A DNA stretch of 64,000 nucleotides from assembly GCA_040220855.1 (NCBI GenBank), contig JAVJVZ010000063.1:10-64009 (forward strand). The letters run 5' to 3'. Below, piece by piece: positions 41,012 through 51,293 of this stretch. The notes under the pieces were generated by a model. It did not search any database, was not told where the DNA came from, and worked only from the letters and a program-made list of their open reading frames with translations. Positions within the stretch are counted from its first letter, which is position 1, and every line of letters starts with the position of its first letter. The translations under genes and the position numbers were made by a program. The stretch is from Gammaproteobacteria bacterium. GTDB taxonomy: Bacteria; Pseudomonadota; Gammaproteobacteria; Ga0077536.

Positions 41012-41254
41012 GCCGGCACACGGACGCCGCGGTACGCGCCGTGCTGCCGCCGCGGCGTCTTCAAGTGTGCCCCACATGCCGTCGATAGACCGATCGAGCG
41101 CGACACGGGATGGCGGCATGGAGTCGGAGTGGCGCCGCCGCGAAGCAGGATCACGGCACAGGAAGACCCAGGGCATGGCAGCAACCGACACCACGTGGAC
41201 TTCGCGTCGCAGCCGCGTACGCAGCGCGACGCACCAGGCACCCTCGACGCTGGC

Positions 41255-42409
41255 ATGAACGCCTCCCCTGCTCGGCTGCTCGTCGTCATCGGCACGCGGC
41301 CCGACGCGATCAAGATGGCGCCGGTGGTCGAGGCTCTGCGCGCTGCGCCAGGGTTTGAGGTCGTGGTCTGCGCGAGCGGCCAGCACCGCGAACTGCTCGC
41401 ACCGGTCCTCGCCGATCTCGCGCTCACCCCCGACCTCACCCTGCCGGCACCCGCGGCTAGCGCTTCGCTCGGCGCCACCTGTGCGAGCCTGGTCGGTGCC
41501 TTCGACGACTGCCTGGCACGCACGCAACCCACGCGGGTCATCGTGCAGGGCGACACCAATACCTGCTTCGCCGCCAGCCTGGCCGCCTTCTACCGGGGCG
41601 TGCCGCTCGCCCACGTCGAGGCCGGGTTGCGCAGCGCGCGGCTCGACGCGCCGTGGCCGGAGGAATTCAACCGGCGTGTCGTGACACTCGCCGCGGACCT
41701 GCACTTCGCGCCCACCGCAACGGCGGCACAGGCGCTGCTTGACGAGGGCGTACCCGACGCACGCATCCATGTCACCGGCAACACGGTCGTCGATGCGCTG
41801 TTCGCTACGCGCGCGCGCCTCGATGCCGATGCCGAACTTGCCCGCCGTGCGGCGGCCGACCTGCCACGCCCCGCGCCGGGGCGCCGCCTGATCGCAGCCA
41901 CGCTGCATCGGCGCGAAGCAATCGGCCACGAGCTCGAGGGCATGTGCCTGGCACTGCGTGATCTCGTCGCGCGCCAACCGCTCGATGTCGCGCTACCGGT
42001 CCATGGCAACCCGGAAGTGCGCGCGGCGATTGAACGTATCCTCGGCGGCGTCACGGGAATCCACCTGCTCGCACCGCTCGGTTACCTGGCCTTCGTCACG
42101 CTGCTGCGCCGTGCGTGGGTGGTGGTGACGGATTCCGGTGGCGTCCAGGAGGAAGCACCGTCGCTCGACGTACCGGTCGTCGTCGCCCGCAACGTCACCG
42201 AGCGCTCGGAGCTGGTGGTCGCCGGCGGCGCAGTCCTTGCCGGCACCGCGCGCGGGTCGATTGTCTCAGCGGTCGAGAGCCTGCTCGCCGACGAGGCCCG
42301 TTACCACGCCATGCAAGTGGCGCCGAATCCGTTCGGCGACGGGCACGCCGCTGCACGCATCGTCGACGTGCTCAGACGCGACGGCGCCGCCAGCGCGCCA
42401 GCAGCGTGA
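41255..42409 (+). CDS. wecB: UDP-N-acetylglucosamine 2-epimerase (non-hydrolysing)
   Basis: GTRPDAIKMAP, GQH, QGDT, HVEAGLRS, PEEFNR, HRRE, TDSGGVQEE, NPFGDG. Confidence 0.95.
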   Translation: MNASPARLLVVIGTRPDAIKMAPVVEALRAAPGFEVVVCASGQHRELLAPVLADLALTPDLTLPAPAASASLGATCASLVGAFDDCLARTQPTRVIVQGDTNTCFAASLAAFYRGVPLAHVEAGLRSARLDAPWPEEFNRRVVTLAADLHFAPTATAAQALLDEGVPDARIHVTGNTVVDALFATRARLDADAELARRAAADLPRPAPGRRLIAATLHRREAIGHELEGMCLALRDLVARQPLDVALPVHGNPEVRAAIERILGGVTGIHLLAPLGYLAFVTLLRRAWVVVTDSGGVQEEAPSLDVPVVVARNVTERSELVVAGGAVLAGTARGSIVSAVESLLADEARYHAMQVAPNPFGDGHAAARIVDVLRRDGAASAPAA

Positions 42410-43913
42410 GCATCGCCAGCACCGGGAGCAATGGCGCCGGCAGCGGCACGGCGGTCACCGCGAGGCGGTAGAAATCGCTGCCAATGACGGTGCTGAAACG
42501 CAGCCCCGCGGGCAAGGCCGGCAGCAGCAGGTCGGCGAAATCACCGCCAATGCTGGCCGCCAGCACGATGTCGAAGTAATCACCGAGCGTCGGCACGAAG
42601 CCATTCACGAGGCCGACCTGCAGCGTGCCGCCGAGCAGCGCTGCTCCGTCGGCGTCGAGCTGGTCGAATCCACCGGGCGCTGCGCTGCCGAGATCGACAC
42701 GGAACAGGCCCGCCAGCGACAGGTCGCCGAGGACGTCGAAGCGACCGACGGGTACAAGCTGCTCACCGGGGTCGAGGATGCCTCCCGCGCCGACGCTGAG
42801 CGCACCATCGATGACACCCCGTCCCCCGAGCGTGCCGCCGGCAACGTCGACGCCGAACGGGCTGCTCGCACCGAGCGTCCCCCCGGCGAGCAGGGTTGTC
42901 CCGTCGAGCTGCTGGAAGCGATCGGTCAGTAGCGCTGCGCCCGCGTCGACCTCGAGCACGCCCCGGTTCAATGCAAGGTCAGTCACCGCGACGCTGGAGG
43001 TACTGCGCAGCCCGAGCGTCGCGCCCGCATGGTTATCGAGCTCTGTCAGCGTGGCGCCGGCCGCATCGACTTCGAACTGACCAAAGTTGTCGAGCGTCGC
43101 CAGTGTTGCATTGGCGCCGGCCGCGAGCGCGACGTCGCCGTCGTTGGTCACGACATCGCTGGCATTCCACGTGGCGCCCGCGCCGCGCACGTCGACGCTA
43201 CCCTGGTTGTCCAGGCTCCCGGTCACGAAGTGGCCGCCGTCGATGGCGATGACAGCGCCGTTGTCGACGCTGACCGTGCGCAAGGTACCACCCGCGCTCG
43301 CCCGCATTTCGCCGGCGTTGGTCAGATTGCCCGCGATGTCCAGCTCGCTGCCGCCGGCTGCGATCGTCGCCAGTGTGCCGGCGTGGTTGATCATGCTGTT
43401 GGCTCGCGCCACGGCTGCGCCGTCGATGGCGACCGTGGCGAAATTGTCGAAGCTTTCGGCCTCGAGCAGCGCGGCGTCATGCAGCTGCCAGTCGCCGCTA
43501 CTGAACACGCCTTCGGTCACGCTGACCGTGGCGCCAGGTCCGTCGACCACCAGCGCTCCCGATGCCTGCACGAAGATGCGGCCGAAATCGCCCGTAGCGC
43601 CGGCGGCGATCCCGAGCGAACCGAAGCTGTCGATGGTGCCCGTAACGCTGAGCTGGCCGGCGGCGACCGTCAGCGCGGCGTGGCTGACGAGTTCCAGCGC
43701 GACGTTGCCGGCGGCGGACGAACTCACCGCACCGGTGTGGTTGATGGTGACGAAATCGCTCGCCGTCGGCACTGCCGCTCCGGACCAGTTGGCTGCGTCT
43801 TCCCAGGCGCCGTCCTCTCCGATCCACTCGACCGGCGCTGCGGCGCCGGATACCGCGTGCCAGGCGGTTGCGAAAACGAGGCCGAGAAGGGCTGCGCGGG
43901 GGAGATGTTTCAT
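42372..43913 (-). CDS. VPLPA-CTERM protein with beta-helix/passenger-like Gly-Asn-Ala repeats
   Basis: Signal peptide, WEDAANW, repeated NxG strands, AVPLPAPLLPVLAMLTLLARWRRRR. Confidence 0.88.
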   Translation of the reverse strand: MKHLPRAALLGLVFATAWHAVSGAAAPVEWIGEDGAWEDAANWSGAAVPTASDFVTINHTGAVSSSAAGNVALELVSHAALTVAAGQLSVTGTIDSFGSLGIAAGATGDFGRIFVQASGALVVDGPGATVSVTEGVFSSGDWQLHDAALLEAESFDNFATVAIDGAAVARANSMINHAGTLATIAAGGSELDIAGNLTNAGEMRASAGGTLRTVSVDNGAVIAIDGGHFVTGSLDNQGSVDVRGAGATWNASDVVTNDGDVALAAGANATLATLDNFGQFEVDAAGATLTELDNHAGATLGLRSTSSVAVTDLALNRGVLEVDAGAALLTDRFQQLDGTTLLAGGTLGASSPFGVDVAGGTLGGRGVIDGALSVGAGGILDPGEQLVPVGRFDVLGDLSLAGLFRVDLGSAAPGGFDQLDADGAALLGGTLQVGLVNGFVPTLGDYFDIVLAASIGGDFADLLLPALPAGLRFSTVIGSDFYRLAVTAVPLPAPLLPVLAMLTLLARWRRRRV

Positions 43914-43996
43914 ATTGAAAACGCTCAAGAATGTCGTCTCCGGGAGGAAGTCTGCAGGCAGGCTAACGCAACCGCTTCGGCGGTGTCGGCGCGCGG

Positions 43997-45121
43997 TCAC
44001 GCGTTTGCAAGAGTTTGCGTATCGGCCGTAGCCGTCTCTACAAGGCCGTGCTCGGTAGCCCAAATCGTACCAGAGACCTGTGATCCCGCCGCGACATGGA
44101 TTCGCGGCGCGGTAATCGTGGTCGGCATGGCGGGTGTACCCACCACGCAGCCGGCGGCAACGACGACCTCGCTTTCCGAGATCACCGGCCCCTTGACCAG
44201 GCACCCTTCGCCCAACACCACCGCCCCGCGGCACACCACCGCGCCACGCAGCACGCTGCCGGCACCACTGACCAGCTGCTCACGCGCCTTGAGATTGCCG
44301 TCGACACGGCTGCCGGCGCCAATCAGCAGGTTGCCGCGGGCCACGAGATGGTTCCGCACTGCGCACTGCGTGGGCAGTACGAGGTCGCCCGCCGCGCGCA
44401 GCGTACGCTCGTCCAGTGCGTGCAGCGCCGCCGTCGCCTCAGCATCGGGCCACGGCGTTCGGCGACTGCCCAGGGCCGCGGCCGGGCCACGCACCGCGCC
44501 ATCGGAAGCGAACCGGATCAACGGCGCATTGAGGCGCTCGAAGCGAGTGCCCGCGCCGAGTGTCATCGACAAACCACTCGAAACCCGGCCGTACACCGTG
44601 CAGTCGGCGCCGATGTGCACGTGCCCCTGCGAGTGCAGCCAGCGTGCCACCGTGCAGCCGTCACCGAGGAGCACATCGGTACCGCCATAGAGAGCACGGT
44701 AGGTGGCGTTCGACCCGGCCACGATCTGGCCGCGTGCATAGACCTCCTGCGCGTAGACGAAGCCGCCCTCGAGGAGCAGGTCGCGCAGCGCGACGAGCAT
44801 TACGTCGACCACCCGCGAGCGCTGCGTCGCCGCCGGCCAGGATGGTGGCGACGAGGCGCCCAGCACCCGGAAACGCTCGCCCGGGCGGTACTCGCCCTGG
44901 TGATCGGCGGGCGGATTGTCCGCATCGATGCCTTCGCGCTCGAGCAGGTCCTGTACACGATCGCAGAAGCCGAGCGCGAAATGCCTGATGTTGGTGTCCT
45001 GTTCGCGCACCACGACGAGCGGCTGCGCATCGGTACGCGCGATCCATTCGATGATGGCCGGTAGAAAGGGCGCGCTGCATACGAGCGCCGCGAGCAGCCA
45101 GAAAGCCACGATCGCGCTCAA
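43997..45121 (-). CDS. Membrane-anchored bactofilin-like beta-helix protein
   Basis: N-terminal hydrophobic helix; two blocks of ~17-aa repeats (IGAGSRVDGNL, SGAGSVLRGAV, LGEGCLVKGPV). Confidence 0.72.
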   Translation of the reverse strand: MSAIVAFWLLAALVCSAPFLPAIIEWIARTDAQPLVVVREQDTNIRHFALGFCDRVQDLLEREGIDADNPPADHQGEYRPGERFRVLGASSPPSWPAATQRSRVVDVMLVALRDLLLEGGFVYAQEVYARGQIVAGSNATYRALYGGTDVLLGDGCTVARWLHSQGHVHIGADCTVYGRVSSGLSMTLGAGTRFERLNAPLIRFASDGAVRGPAAALGSRRTPWPDAEATAALHALDERTLRAAGDLVLPTQCAVRNHLVARGNLLIGAGSRVDGNLKAREQLVSGAGSVLRGAVVCRGAVVLGEGCLVKGPVISESEVVVAAGCVVGTPAMPTTITAPRIHVAAGSQVSGTIWATEHGLVETATADTQTLANA

Positions 45122-46518
45122 CGCCCCACCTCGCCGGCCGCGCCGTTCACGTGACCACCGTTGCCGTTGCCGTTGCCGTTTCCGTTGCCACGATACCGCG
45201 CGGTCTTCTCCCAGCGCAGCTCGCGGCCGAGCAGGATGTCATGCACCAGCAGCGAGTAGCAGGCGCGGCAGACGTTGAGCACGCTGGCGAGAAAGTTGAC
45301 GAAGTTGAGCGGCAGCAGGCGCAGGCGGCGGCGCGAGTTGTCGAGGTGGAGCGCGGCGGCGATCTCGAAGAACGCGGCGTAGTTGCCAATCGAGCTGAAG
45401 CAGACTACGCCGAGCACGGCAAGCGCCTCGTTCGACAGCAACGGGTCGCCCATCAGGTAGAGCGCGAAGGCGCAGGCGAAGCCCACGACCAGCAACGGCG
45501 CGAGGAGGAACACGCCGAGCAGTAGCAGCGCATCGATGCGCTCGAGCCGGCCGACCATCGGCGAGCGCAGCACGCGCCAAGCATAGCGCAGTGCAACCTG
45601 GTTGTGTCCCTTGGCCCAGCGCATGATCTGGCGGTTACGCTCCTGCCAGACCTCGGGCACCTCTTCGTAGCATTCGCTGCGGTTCTCGTAGACGGTCTTG
45701 AAGCCATGCAGGAGCAGACGGAAGGTCAGATCCGTGTCCTCGGCATAGGCGTCTTCGCTCCAGCCGCCGACGGCACGCACGGCGGACACGCGCACGCCGC
45801 CGACCGAGCCGCCGTACTGCGGCACCAGCTCGAGATTCATGCGCGCCTGCTGGTCGACCTGGTAGCCGCCGGCGCGCTCGAGATCGAGCAGGCGCGTGAG
45901 CAGGTTGCGCTCGGTGTTGTGCGGCACCACGCGGCCCATCACCGCGCCGACCTCGGCATCGAAGAAGGGCGCGGCGAGTTGCTTGACGAGGCCGCGACCC
46001 GGTACGTAGTCCGCATCGAACACGATCATGAGCGTGGCATCGAGCTCGGCAGTGACCTCCTGCAGCACTGCGGCCTTGCCCGGCCGCCCGCCCTCGCGGC
46101 GGCGCGGCCGTACGATATCCGGGGCCCGCGCCGCCCACGTCTCGATCACGGCCCAGGTGGCGTCGGTACTGCGGTCGTCGACCGGGATCACGAGATAGCG
46201 GTCGCGCGGGTAGTCGACGTCGATCAACGCTTCGAGTGCAAGGCCGATGACGTGCTCCTCGTTGTGCGCCGGCACGACCACGACGACGCTCGGCCAGTCG
46301 GCACTGTCGACGTCGAGATAGGGGTGGCGCTGCCGACCGAGCAGGCGGTTGAGGGCGAACAGCACGTGGCGGCAGGTGTAGAGCGCAACCAGGGCAACGA
46401 CGAATGCCAGCACGAGCTTCAACACCCAGTTCACCGGCCACGCCGCACTCGCCGCCATCGCGGGCGCCGGTACCGTGGCAATTGCCCAGGCGGGATGTGC
46501 GCGTCGTCTGCGTGGCAT
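45118..46518 (-). CDS. Processive GT2 glycan synthase
   Basis: DDRSTD, GKA, FDADY, EDTD, QIMRW (QxxRW); N- and C-terminal TM helices. Confidence 0.92.
   Translation of the reverse strand: MPRRRRAHPAWAIATVPAPAMAASAAWPVNWVLKLVLAFVVALVALYTCRHVLFALNRLLGRQRHPYLDVDSADWPSVVVVVPAHNEEHVIGLALEALIDVDYPRDRYLVIPVDDRSTDATWAVIETWAARAPDIVRPRRREGGRPGKAAVLQEVTAELDATLMIVFDADYVPGRGLVKQLAAPFFDAEVGAVMGRVVPHNTERNLLTRLLDLERAGGYQVDQQARMNLELVPQYGGSVGGVRVSAVRAVGGWSEDAYAEDTDLTFRLLLHGFKTVYENRSECYEEVPEVWQERNRQIMRWAKGHNQVALRYAWRVLRSPMVGRLERIDALLLLGVFLLAPLLVVGFACAFALYLMGDPLLSNEALAVLGVVCFSSIGNYAAFFEIAAALHLDNSRRRLRLLPLNFVNFLASVLNVCRACYSLLVHDILLGRELRWEKTARYRGNGNGNGNGNGGHVNGAAGEVGR
45158..45189 (-). repeat. Hexanucleotide tandem repeat encoding (GN)5
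   Basis: About five GGCAAC units, one with a substitution, in the GT2 tail. Confidence 0.85.
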
Positions 46519-46524
46519 ATCGCG

Positions 46525-47325
46525 TCAGGGCTCCCAGCTCACCACCCAGGCATAGAGCGCGACGAACACGGCGATGTCAAACAGCAACCCGAACAGCACG
46601 TAGAGCGGCGGCATGACGACCAGCGAAAGCTGCTCGACGAGCATCGTGTGTACGAGGTACTGGTACGGTGCGACGAGCACGATTCCGGCACCGATGACGG
46701 CCGTGCCGAACGCTTTACGCGTAATCGAATGGTCGAAGACGTAGAACGAGAAGGTCAGCAGCAGCGGCGTCGCCAGCAGCAACAGCAGGGCGAATTCGAG
46801 ACCGTTCGCGACGTGGCTGGCGACGGTATGGGGAAACTCGGCGGGCGCCAGCCACAGCATCGCGCAGCTGGCGAGTTCGAGTACACACCCGGCCCACACC
46901 AGGTAGGCGAGCGGCAGCGCGCGTCCGCGCAACAGCAGCCAGGACAGGAGCATCAAGGCAAGGCAGCTGCCGCCCACGGTAACCAGCAGCGAACGATCCG
47001 GCAGCGCACCCTGGAGCAGCGGGAAGGGAACCTCGTAGACCACGTGACCGAGCACGTCACGTTCGCGCACCCCGATGTCATCCGGCAGCCCGAGTCGCGG
47101 CAACCAGAACCGCAATGTCGTTGCCCAGCCTGCCGTGATGGGCGCGCAGGCGACCAGCAGCAGGGCATAGCTGCCGGCGACCAGGGTGACCGGGTGCACG
47201 ATGCTGGCGCGCTCGAAATCGAGCCGCCGCAATGCGCGGTGACGGCGGATTAGGCGCCCCGAGTGACTCTGGAAGCGCAGGCGCTCGAGCAGTCCCCGCG
47301 ATGTCGAGGGCCGGCGCGGTGCCAT
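46525..47325 (-). CDS. Hypothetical polytopic membrane protein
   Basis: About six TM segments; start overlaps the upstream stop (TGATG). Confidence 0.8.
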   Translation of the reverse strand: MAPRRPSTSRGLLERLRFQSHSGRLIRRHRALRRLDFERASIVHPVTLVAGSYALLLVACAPITAGWATTLRFWLPRLGLPDDIGVRERDVLGHVVYEVPFPLLQGALPDRSLLVTVGGSCLALMLLSWLLLRGRALPLAYLVWAGCVLELASCAMLWLAPAEFPHTVASHVANGLEFALLLLLATPLLLTFSFYVFDHSITRKAFGTAVIGAGIVLVAPYQYLVHTMLVEQLSLVVMPPLYVLFGLLFDIAVFVALYAWVVSWEP

Positions 47326-48149
47326 CAGAACTCCTGGAACAGCCCGAACTCGACGCCGTGCTGATCGTAGACGTCGCTGAGGTAACTGTCGGCGGCGAGC
47401 TGCACGCCCCAGTGCGTCCCGACCCACTGCTTCCACGTCACGCGCACCGAGGTGAACGGGATATCGACCTGGAAGCTGTCCGCGCGTAGCGGCTGGTAGG
47501 CCTGGTGCCCGGCGCCGACACGCAGGGTGACGATGTGCGAACCGCCGCGCACATGGGATAGCGCGCCATACCCGGACGTCGAACCGACACCACCGGGCTC
47601 GCTGATGTTGTACGTCACACCGCCCTGCAGGACCCACGGCGAGGGCGTGTAGTAGCTGGCCTCGAGGCGGTAACCGGTGTCGGAGTGGATGTCCTTGGCG
47701 TCGAAATGAGCGACGCCGGCGGTGACCACGAGGTTGCGCTGTGCAAGCAGCCGATGGCTGACGCTGGCGTCGACGCGCAGTTCCGGCCAGAAGAAGCCAC
47801 CGCTGGAGCCGCCCAAGTAGAGCTGGGTGAACCAGCGCTCGCCGAACTGGTGGATGTTGCCGACCTGCCCGTAGGTGCCGTTGTCGTCGAAGCGGTCGAG
47901 CCAGGCGACTTCCGCCAGCCACTCGTCGTTGCCGATCGGGCCGAGGCGGCCACGTACATTGACGCCGGAGGTCGGCGCGAAGCCGTCACTGAGCTGGTAG
48001 TGCAGACCATTCAACTCGAGGCTGCCGGTCGGCGGTTCGGCATGGGTTGCCACGCTACTGGCGAGCACCATCGCCGCGGCCACGCGCGCACGCCGCCGCG
48101 TCCCCGGGGGGCGTCTCGGAGTTAGTCCTTCGCGCTCTGGCATAGGCAC
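47325..48149 (-). CDS. YaiO-like outer-membrane beta-barrel protein
   Basis: Signal peptide, alternating aromatic beta strands, SSGGFFWP, terminal Phe. Confidence 0.78.
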   Translation of the reverse strand: MPMPEREGLTPRRPPGTRRRARVAAAMVLASSVATHAEPPTGSLELNGLHYQLSDGFAPTSGVNVRGRLGPIGNDEWLAEVAWLDRFDDNGTYGQVGNIHQFGERWFTQLYLGGSSGGFFWPELRVDASVSHRLLAQRNLVVTAGVAHFDAKDIHSDTGYRLEASYYTPSPWVLQGGVTYNISEPGGVGSTSGYGALSHVRGGSHIVTLRVGAGHQAYQPLRADSFQVDIPFTSVRVTWKQWVGTHWGVQLAADSYLSDVYDQHGVEFGLFQEF

Positions 48150-48443
48150 AAAAATAATTCATTTTTTCAATAAAATACAGTTACATCCTAAGATAAATAA
48201 TTAGATATCCCGTGGCGCTCGCCGACGCCGTGACGAGGGCGCGTCCCGATCGCCTCCACCACATCGATGACGCCAATGGCGGCGCACTCGTCTGCGACCG
48301 CGCGCAAGGCCGTGTCGCCGGGAACGTCACGCAGCCTGACCGCCGGCCCGGCGGTTCCACGCTGGATTTGACCCGCGCGCTTCGGCGCGTGCCGCGGCGG
48401 CGAGGAACCGACGCGCCTCGTGGCGCCGGCACGCATCTGGCTT

Positions 48444-48459
48444 GGTGTAACGTTGCACC
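48444..48459. promoter_or_regulatory. Near-perfect 16-bp palindrome, candidate operator
   Basis: GGTGTAACGTTGCACC lies between divergent genes, about 30 bp before the ligase ATG. Confidence 0.4.
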
Positions 48460-48488
48460 CTGTCGCCAGCCGAGGAGTCCATCCAGCC

Positions 48489-50036
48489 ATGCCCGCTTAC
48501 GTTCCACCGTCCGCCGTGATGAGCGCGCGCCTCACCAACGTCGGCGCCCTGTTCCACGCACGTGTGCCGGCGCACCCTGACCATCGCGCGGTAGTGGACG
48601 GCGAGCGCACGCTGACCTATGCCGAGCTGGAGGCGCGTTCCAATCGCCTCGCCAATAGGCTGCTCGCACGCGGCCTCGAGCCCGGCGACCGCATTGCACT
48701 GCTCGCGCGCAACCGCCTCGAGTACCTCGAGGTCGAACTCGCCGCGGCCAAGAGCGGCCTCATCCTCGCCGCGCTCAACTGGCGCCTTGCGGACCGCGAG
48801 CTCGCCCACTGCATCAACCTCGTCGAGCCGCGGATCGTGATCGCGGAACCCGGCTTCGGCGTGCAGCTCGACCGCCTCGACATCGGCGCGCTCGAGCGCA
48901 TTGCGCTCGGCGACGAGTACGAGGCCGTGCTGGCCAAAGCGCCGGAGCACTATCCCAATCGCGTCATCGACCCCGAGAGCGGGCTGGTCATCCTCTACAC
49001 CTCGGGCACAACCGGCCTGCCCAAGGGCGCGTTGATCAGCCACCGCGCGATGATCGCGCGCGCGCTGTGCATGGCGTCCGAGATGAACATGCCGATTGGC
49101 GACAATTTCTGCGCCTGGGCCCCCTTCTATCACATGGCCTCGACCGACACCGCGCTCGGCACGCTGTTGCGCGGTGGCACCGTGCACGTCGTCGACGGAT
49201 ACGACCCCGACCGCCTGGTCGCAGTGCTCGAGCGCGAACGCATGCAGTGGTTCATCCTCATGCCCGGCATGGTCGGCGAGTTCGCCGCGCTCCTGCGCGA
49301 GCGCAAGGTCGCCGTCAAAGGCGTCGGCTGCTGCGGGGCGATGGCCGACCTCGTGCCGCGCGAGGACATCGCGGCGGCCTCGGCCGCGCTCGGCGCGCCC
49401 TACGTCAACACCTTCGGCGCCACCGAGACCGGCCTGCCGCCGGCGACCTCGAGCCTGCTGCCGATCGGCGTCGCGCCGGTATCGCTGTCGAAGCGCCAGT
49501 CGGCGTTCTGCGAACTGCGCCTGGTCGACCCGGACGACAACGACGTACCTGTCGGCACCCCGGGTGAGGTCGCCCTGCGCGGGCCGACCCTGTTCAGCGG
49601 TTACTGGAACGCGCACGAGACCAACGCGCACGACTTCCGCAACGGCTGGTTCCACATGGGCGACGTGCTCCGACGCAACCCGGACGGCACGCTCGACTAC
49701 GTCGACCGCGTCAAGTACATGATCAAATCGGGCGGCGAGAACATCTATCCCGCCGAGATCGAGCAGGTCATCCTGGCTGACACGCGCGTGCGCGAAGCGG
49801 TCGTGGTGCGCCGCCCCGACCGCCGCTGGGGCGAGGTTCCGGTGGCTTTCGTCGTTCCCGCCGGCACGCCACCATCGGCCGACGAGCTCCTCGCCTTGTG
49901 CCGCGAGCAGCTGTCGAGCTACAAGCGGCCCAAGGACATCCTCTTCGTGCGCGACGACGAACTGCCACGCTCGACCACCGGCAAGATCCAGCGCCACGCG
50001 CTGGAAGCGCGCCTGCAGCGTGCCGCAGACGCGTGA
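48489..50036 (+). CDS. Acyl-CoA synthetase (AMP-binding)
   Basis: YTSGTTGLPKG, FGATE, WFHMGD, SGGENIYPAE, TGKI. Confidence 0.95.
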   Translation: MPAYVPPSAVMSARLTNVGALFHARVPAHPDHRAVVDGERTLTYAELEARSNRLANRLLARGLEPGDRIALLARNRLEYLEVELAAAKSGLILAALNWRLADRELAHCINLVEPRIVIAEPGFGVQLDRLDIGALERIALGDEYEAVLAKAPEHYPNRVIDPESGLVILYTSGTTGLPKGALISHRAMIARALCMASEMNMPIGDNFCAWAPFYHMASTDTALGTLLRGGTVHVVDGYDPDRLVAVLERERMQWFILMPGMVGEFAALLRERKVAVKGVGCCGAMADLVPREDIAAASAALGAPYVNTFGATETGLPPATSSLLPIGVAPVSLSKRQSAFCELRLVDPDDNDVPVGTPGEVALRGPTLFSGYWNAHETNAHDFRNGWFHMGDVLRRNPDGTLDYVDRVKYMIKSGGENIYPAEIEQVILADTRVREAVVVRRPDRRWGEVPVAFVVPAGTPPSADELLALCREQLSSYKRPKDILFVRDDELPRSTTGKIQRHALEARLQRAADA

Positions 50037-51293
50037 TCAGTTCCCGCGTGCCGCGACCGTGGGCCGCCGCAACAGGTTCAGCACCGCCAGCGTGACACCC
50101 GCGGCGACGACCAGGAACGGCACGCGGTAGCCGCCGCTCACCCCCACCAGCGCCGAAACCACGGCGGGCCCCGCGACGAGCCCGCCGTAGAGAAAGAACA
50201 GGCTGCCGCCGGTCGCCGCGCCGACCCCGGCCGCCCCGGGCTGGCTGGCGACCTCGGCGAGGAACACGCCGTTCCAACCGAAACTCGCCGCGCCGGCGGC
50301 AATGGCAACGGCCGCGACGACGAAAAGCGGTGTACCCGGCTCGAGCATGGCGAGCCCGGCCAGCGCCGCGGCGGCGGCGAGACCGAGCAGGGCAAGCGTG
50401 GCACGCGCACCGAGAAAGCGATCGGACAGCCCGCCCATGACGACGCGCAGCAGCGCGCCGGCAACCTGCGCGGCGGAGAACAGCGCACCCGCCGCGGCGA
50501 GCGCGAAACCGAGCACCTCGACGAGGTAGATCACGAGGAAGGTCATCAACGTCGCCTGCGTCGCGGTCAACGCGAAGGCCACGAGCAACAAGCGGCGCAG
50601 GCGGGAGTCGACGAGCACTGCCCGCACCGCCTGCCAGGGTGCGGCAAAGCGCAGCGGTGCGCGCGGGTCGCGGTCATTGTCGAGTACGCCGCGCAGGGGT
50701 TGTACCGCGATGGCTGCGAGGAGCACGACAGCCGCGGTGCACGCGAGCGCCCCGCGCCAGCCGATCGCGTGCACCAGCGCCGGCACCAGCAGGCCGGCGA
50801 GGAAACCGCCGAGCGGCGCACCGCTCTGCTTGAGCGAGAACACCAGCGCGCGCGACCGCGCCGGCGCAACCCGCGCGAGCACATGCGAGCCGGCCGGCGT
50901 GTGCGGCCCGTAACCGAGGCCGACCAGCACGGCGGCGAGGTACAGCAGCGGCAGCGATCCGGACAAGGCGAGCAGCAGTGCGCAGGCCGAGAAGGCCATG
51001 CCGAGCTGGTTGGTGCGGATGCCGCCGCAGCGCGCGATGAGACTACCGCTCGCGGCGGAGAAGAACATCGAGGCGACGAAGCTGAACGAGACGAACACCG
51101 CGATGTCCTTCGCCGCCACGCCGAAGGCGGGGGCAATCTCGGTTGCCATCAGCGGCACGGTGAGAAACAGCAGCACCGTGACCATCTGCGTACCGAGCAT
51201 GGCGCCGACCACGCGCGGCAGCGGAACGTCGGGGGCAGGCGCGTCGCGGGTCACGGTGGGCGGGGGAGTGTCGACAAGGAGGGGGCGACCCAT
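50037..51293 (-). CDS. MFS transporter
   Basis: About 12 TM helices; GGLSDRF, FSLKQSG. Confidence 0.9.
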   Translation of the reverse strand: MGRPLLVDTPPPTVTRDAPAPDVPLPRVVGAMLGTQMVTVLLFLTVPLMATEIAPAFGVAAKDIAVFVSFSFVASMFFSAASGSLIARCGGIRTNQLGMAFSACALLLALSGSLPLLYLAAVLVGLGYGPHTPAGSHVLARVAPARSRALVFSLKQSGAPLGGFLAGLLVPALVHAIGWRGALACTAAVVLLAAIAVQPLRGVLDNDRDPRAPLRFAAPWQAVRAVLVDSRLRRLLLVAFALTATQATLMTFLVIYLVEVLGFALAAAGALFSAAQVAGALLRVVMGGLSDRFLGARATLALLGLAAAAALAGLAMLEPGTPLFVVAAVAIAAGAASFGWNGVFLAEVASQPGAAGVGAATGGSLFFLYGGLVAGPAVVSALVGVSGGYRVPFLVVAAGVTLAVLNLLRRPTVAARGN

